Shown: one piece after another, positions 63,407-64,000 of the stretch
How positions within the stretch are numbered: position 1 is the first letter of the stretch
Layout of the letters: the number at the start of each line of letters is the position of its first letter
Virus record (IMG/VR): IMGVR_UViG_3300014204_013734
Location: 1-64,000 of that record
Reading direction: 5' to 3' (one strand)
DNA: 64,000 bases
Source: a virus
Taxonomy: Duplodnaviria > Caudoviricetes
Position numbers and translations under genes: made by a program
The notes under the pieces: generated by a model
The model's database searches: none
Seen by the model: only the letters and a program-made list of their open reading frames with translations
Told to the model about the DNA's origin: nothing

Positions 63407-63991
63407 TCAAACGTCTCGTCCAACGAGGGAATGGTCCCTGATCAAGTGACCGCATTGGCAACAGAAACCATCCCCGGAATCTACGCAGTAGGAAATCCAT
63501 TCGTCGGTTTGGGGGTCAATCCTTCCTCCGCACGAATCAATGTCCATCCGGTGAAGTCCTTCATCCAAAGCACCCGTCTGGTCATTGTAGTAAAACTTCA
63601 CCAGTGAAGCCAAGTTCAGGAATGCTTCTTCAAGGGTATCACCCCCACAAGACAACCGGGTGTCCATCCCCCATTCCCAACGGTTCTGGTCATTCCATCC
63701 TTCGGGCGGTTCCTCTTCAAAATCCTTCAGGTCGTTCCAACCCCCTGCTTCAATCCAGACACGGAAAGCAGTGTTACGAGGGTCGGGTTCGGTCCACGAC
63801 CATTCAAGGGTCGGATCAACCCAAGCGTGTTCAATGGAAACACATTCGTCAAAGGATCCGCCGATCCGTTCTTCCCGTTCAACCCATTCGGATTCAGGGG
63901 TTGTGGGATGAAACATATCCTCACCATCCGGGGGCCATTTGACCGTGACAGGATAAGTCCACAAGGGATGTTCCGTGAGCCAGTGGATCAT
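63407..63991 (-). CDS. Hypothetical protein (may extend beyond the window)
   Basis: 194 aa ORF at the window edge. Confidence 0.65.
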   Translation of the reverse strand: MIHWLTEHPLWTYPVTVKWPPDGEDMFHPTTPESEWVEREERIGGSFDECVSIEHAWVDPTLEWSWTEPDPRNTAFRVWIEAGGWNDLKDFEEEPPEGWNDQNRWEWGMDTRLSCGGDTLEEAFLNLASLVKFYYNDQTGALDEGLHRMDIDSCGGRIDPQTDEWISYCVDSGDGFCCQCGHLIRDHSLVGRDV

Positions 63992-64000
63992 CGCCTTACG

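Noticed and set aside
1-64000. Genome-wide stop-codon reassignment
   Set aside because: Genes are intact in code 11 and TAG/TGA end well-defined proteins (Ro60, dCMP deaminase); only one in-frame TAG was seen and no suppressor tRNA

Overview
This window is a 64 kb piece of a large (jumbo-type) bacteriophage genome. It has no virion, terminase or replicative polymerase genes. 1-34 kb holds short hypothetical genes in several divergent paralog families, in blocks driven by a conserved 29-bp motif, CGGCTTG-N15-CGGTAGT (18 copies). A few recognisable enzymes sit among them: HD alarmone hydrolase-like, DEDD exonuclease, HU, ComM/YifB-like, CoaB-like, methyltransferase and HNH. 35-48.8 kb is a metabolic/counter-defence block. 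It encodes a complete four-step NAD+ salvage route (PncA, PncB, NadD, NadE), a vWA/PP2C/kinase triad, a macrodomain protein, dCMP deaminase and a Thg1-like protein. 48.8-59.2 kb is a dense non-coding RNA island with 24 tRNA genes. Eight tRNAs lack CCA and are fused at the 3' end to an HDV-like (theta-type) ribozyme. The island also has four tandem Y RNAs before a Ro60/TROVE gene, three isolated 29-nt type I-E CRISPR-repeat-like units, several unassigned structured RNAs, and an RF1-type release factor split by a prfB-like CUU-UGA +1 frameshift. All calls come from reading the sequence and recognising motifs by eye; no searches were run.
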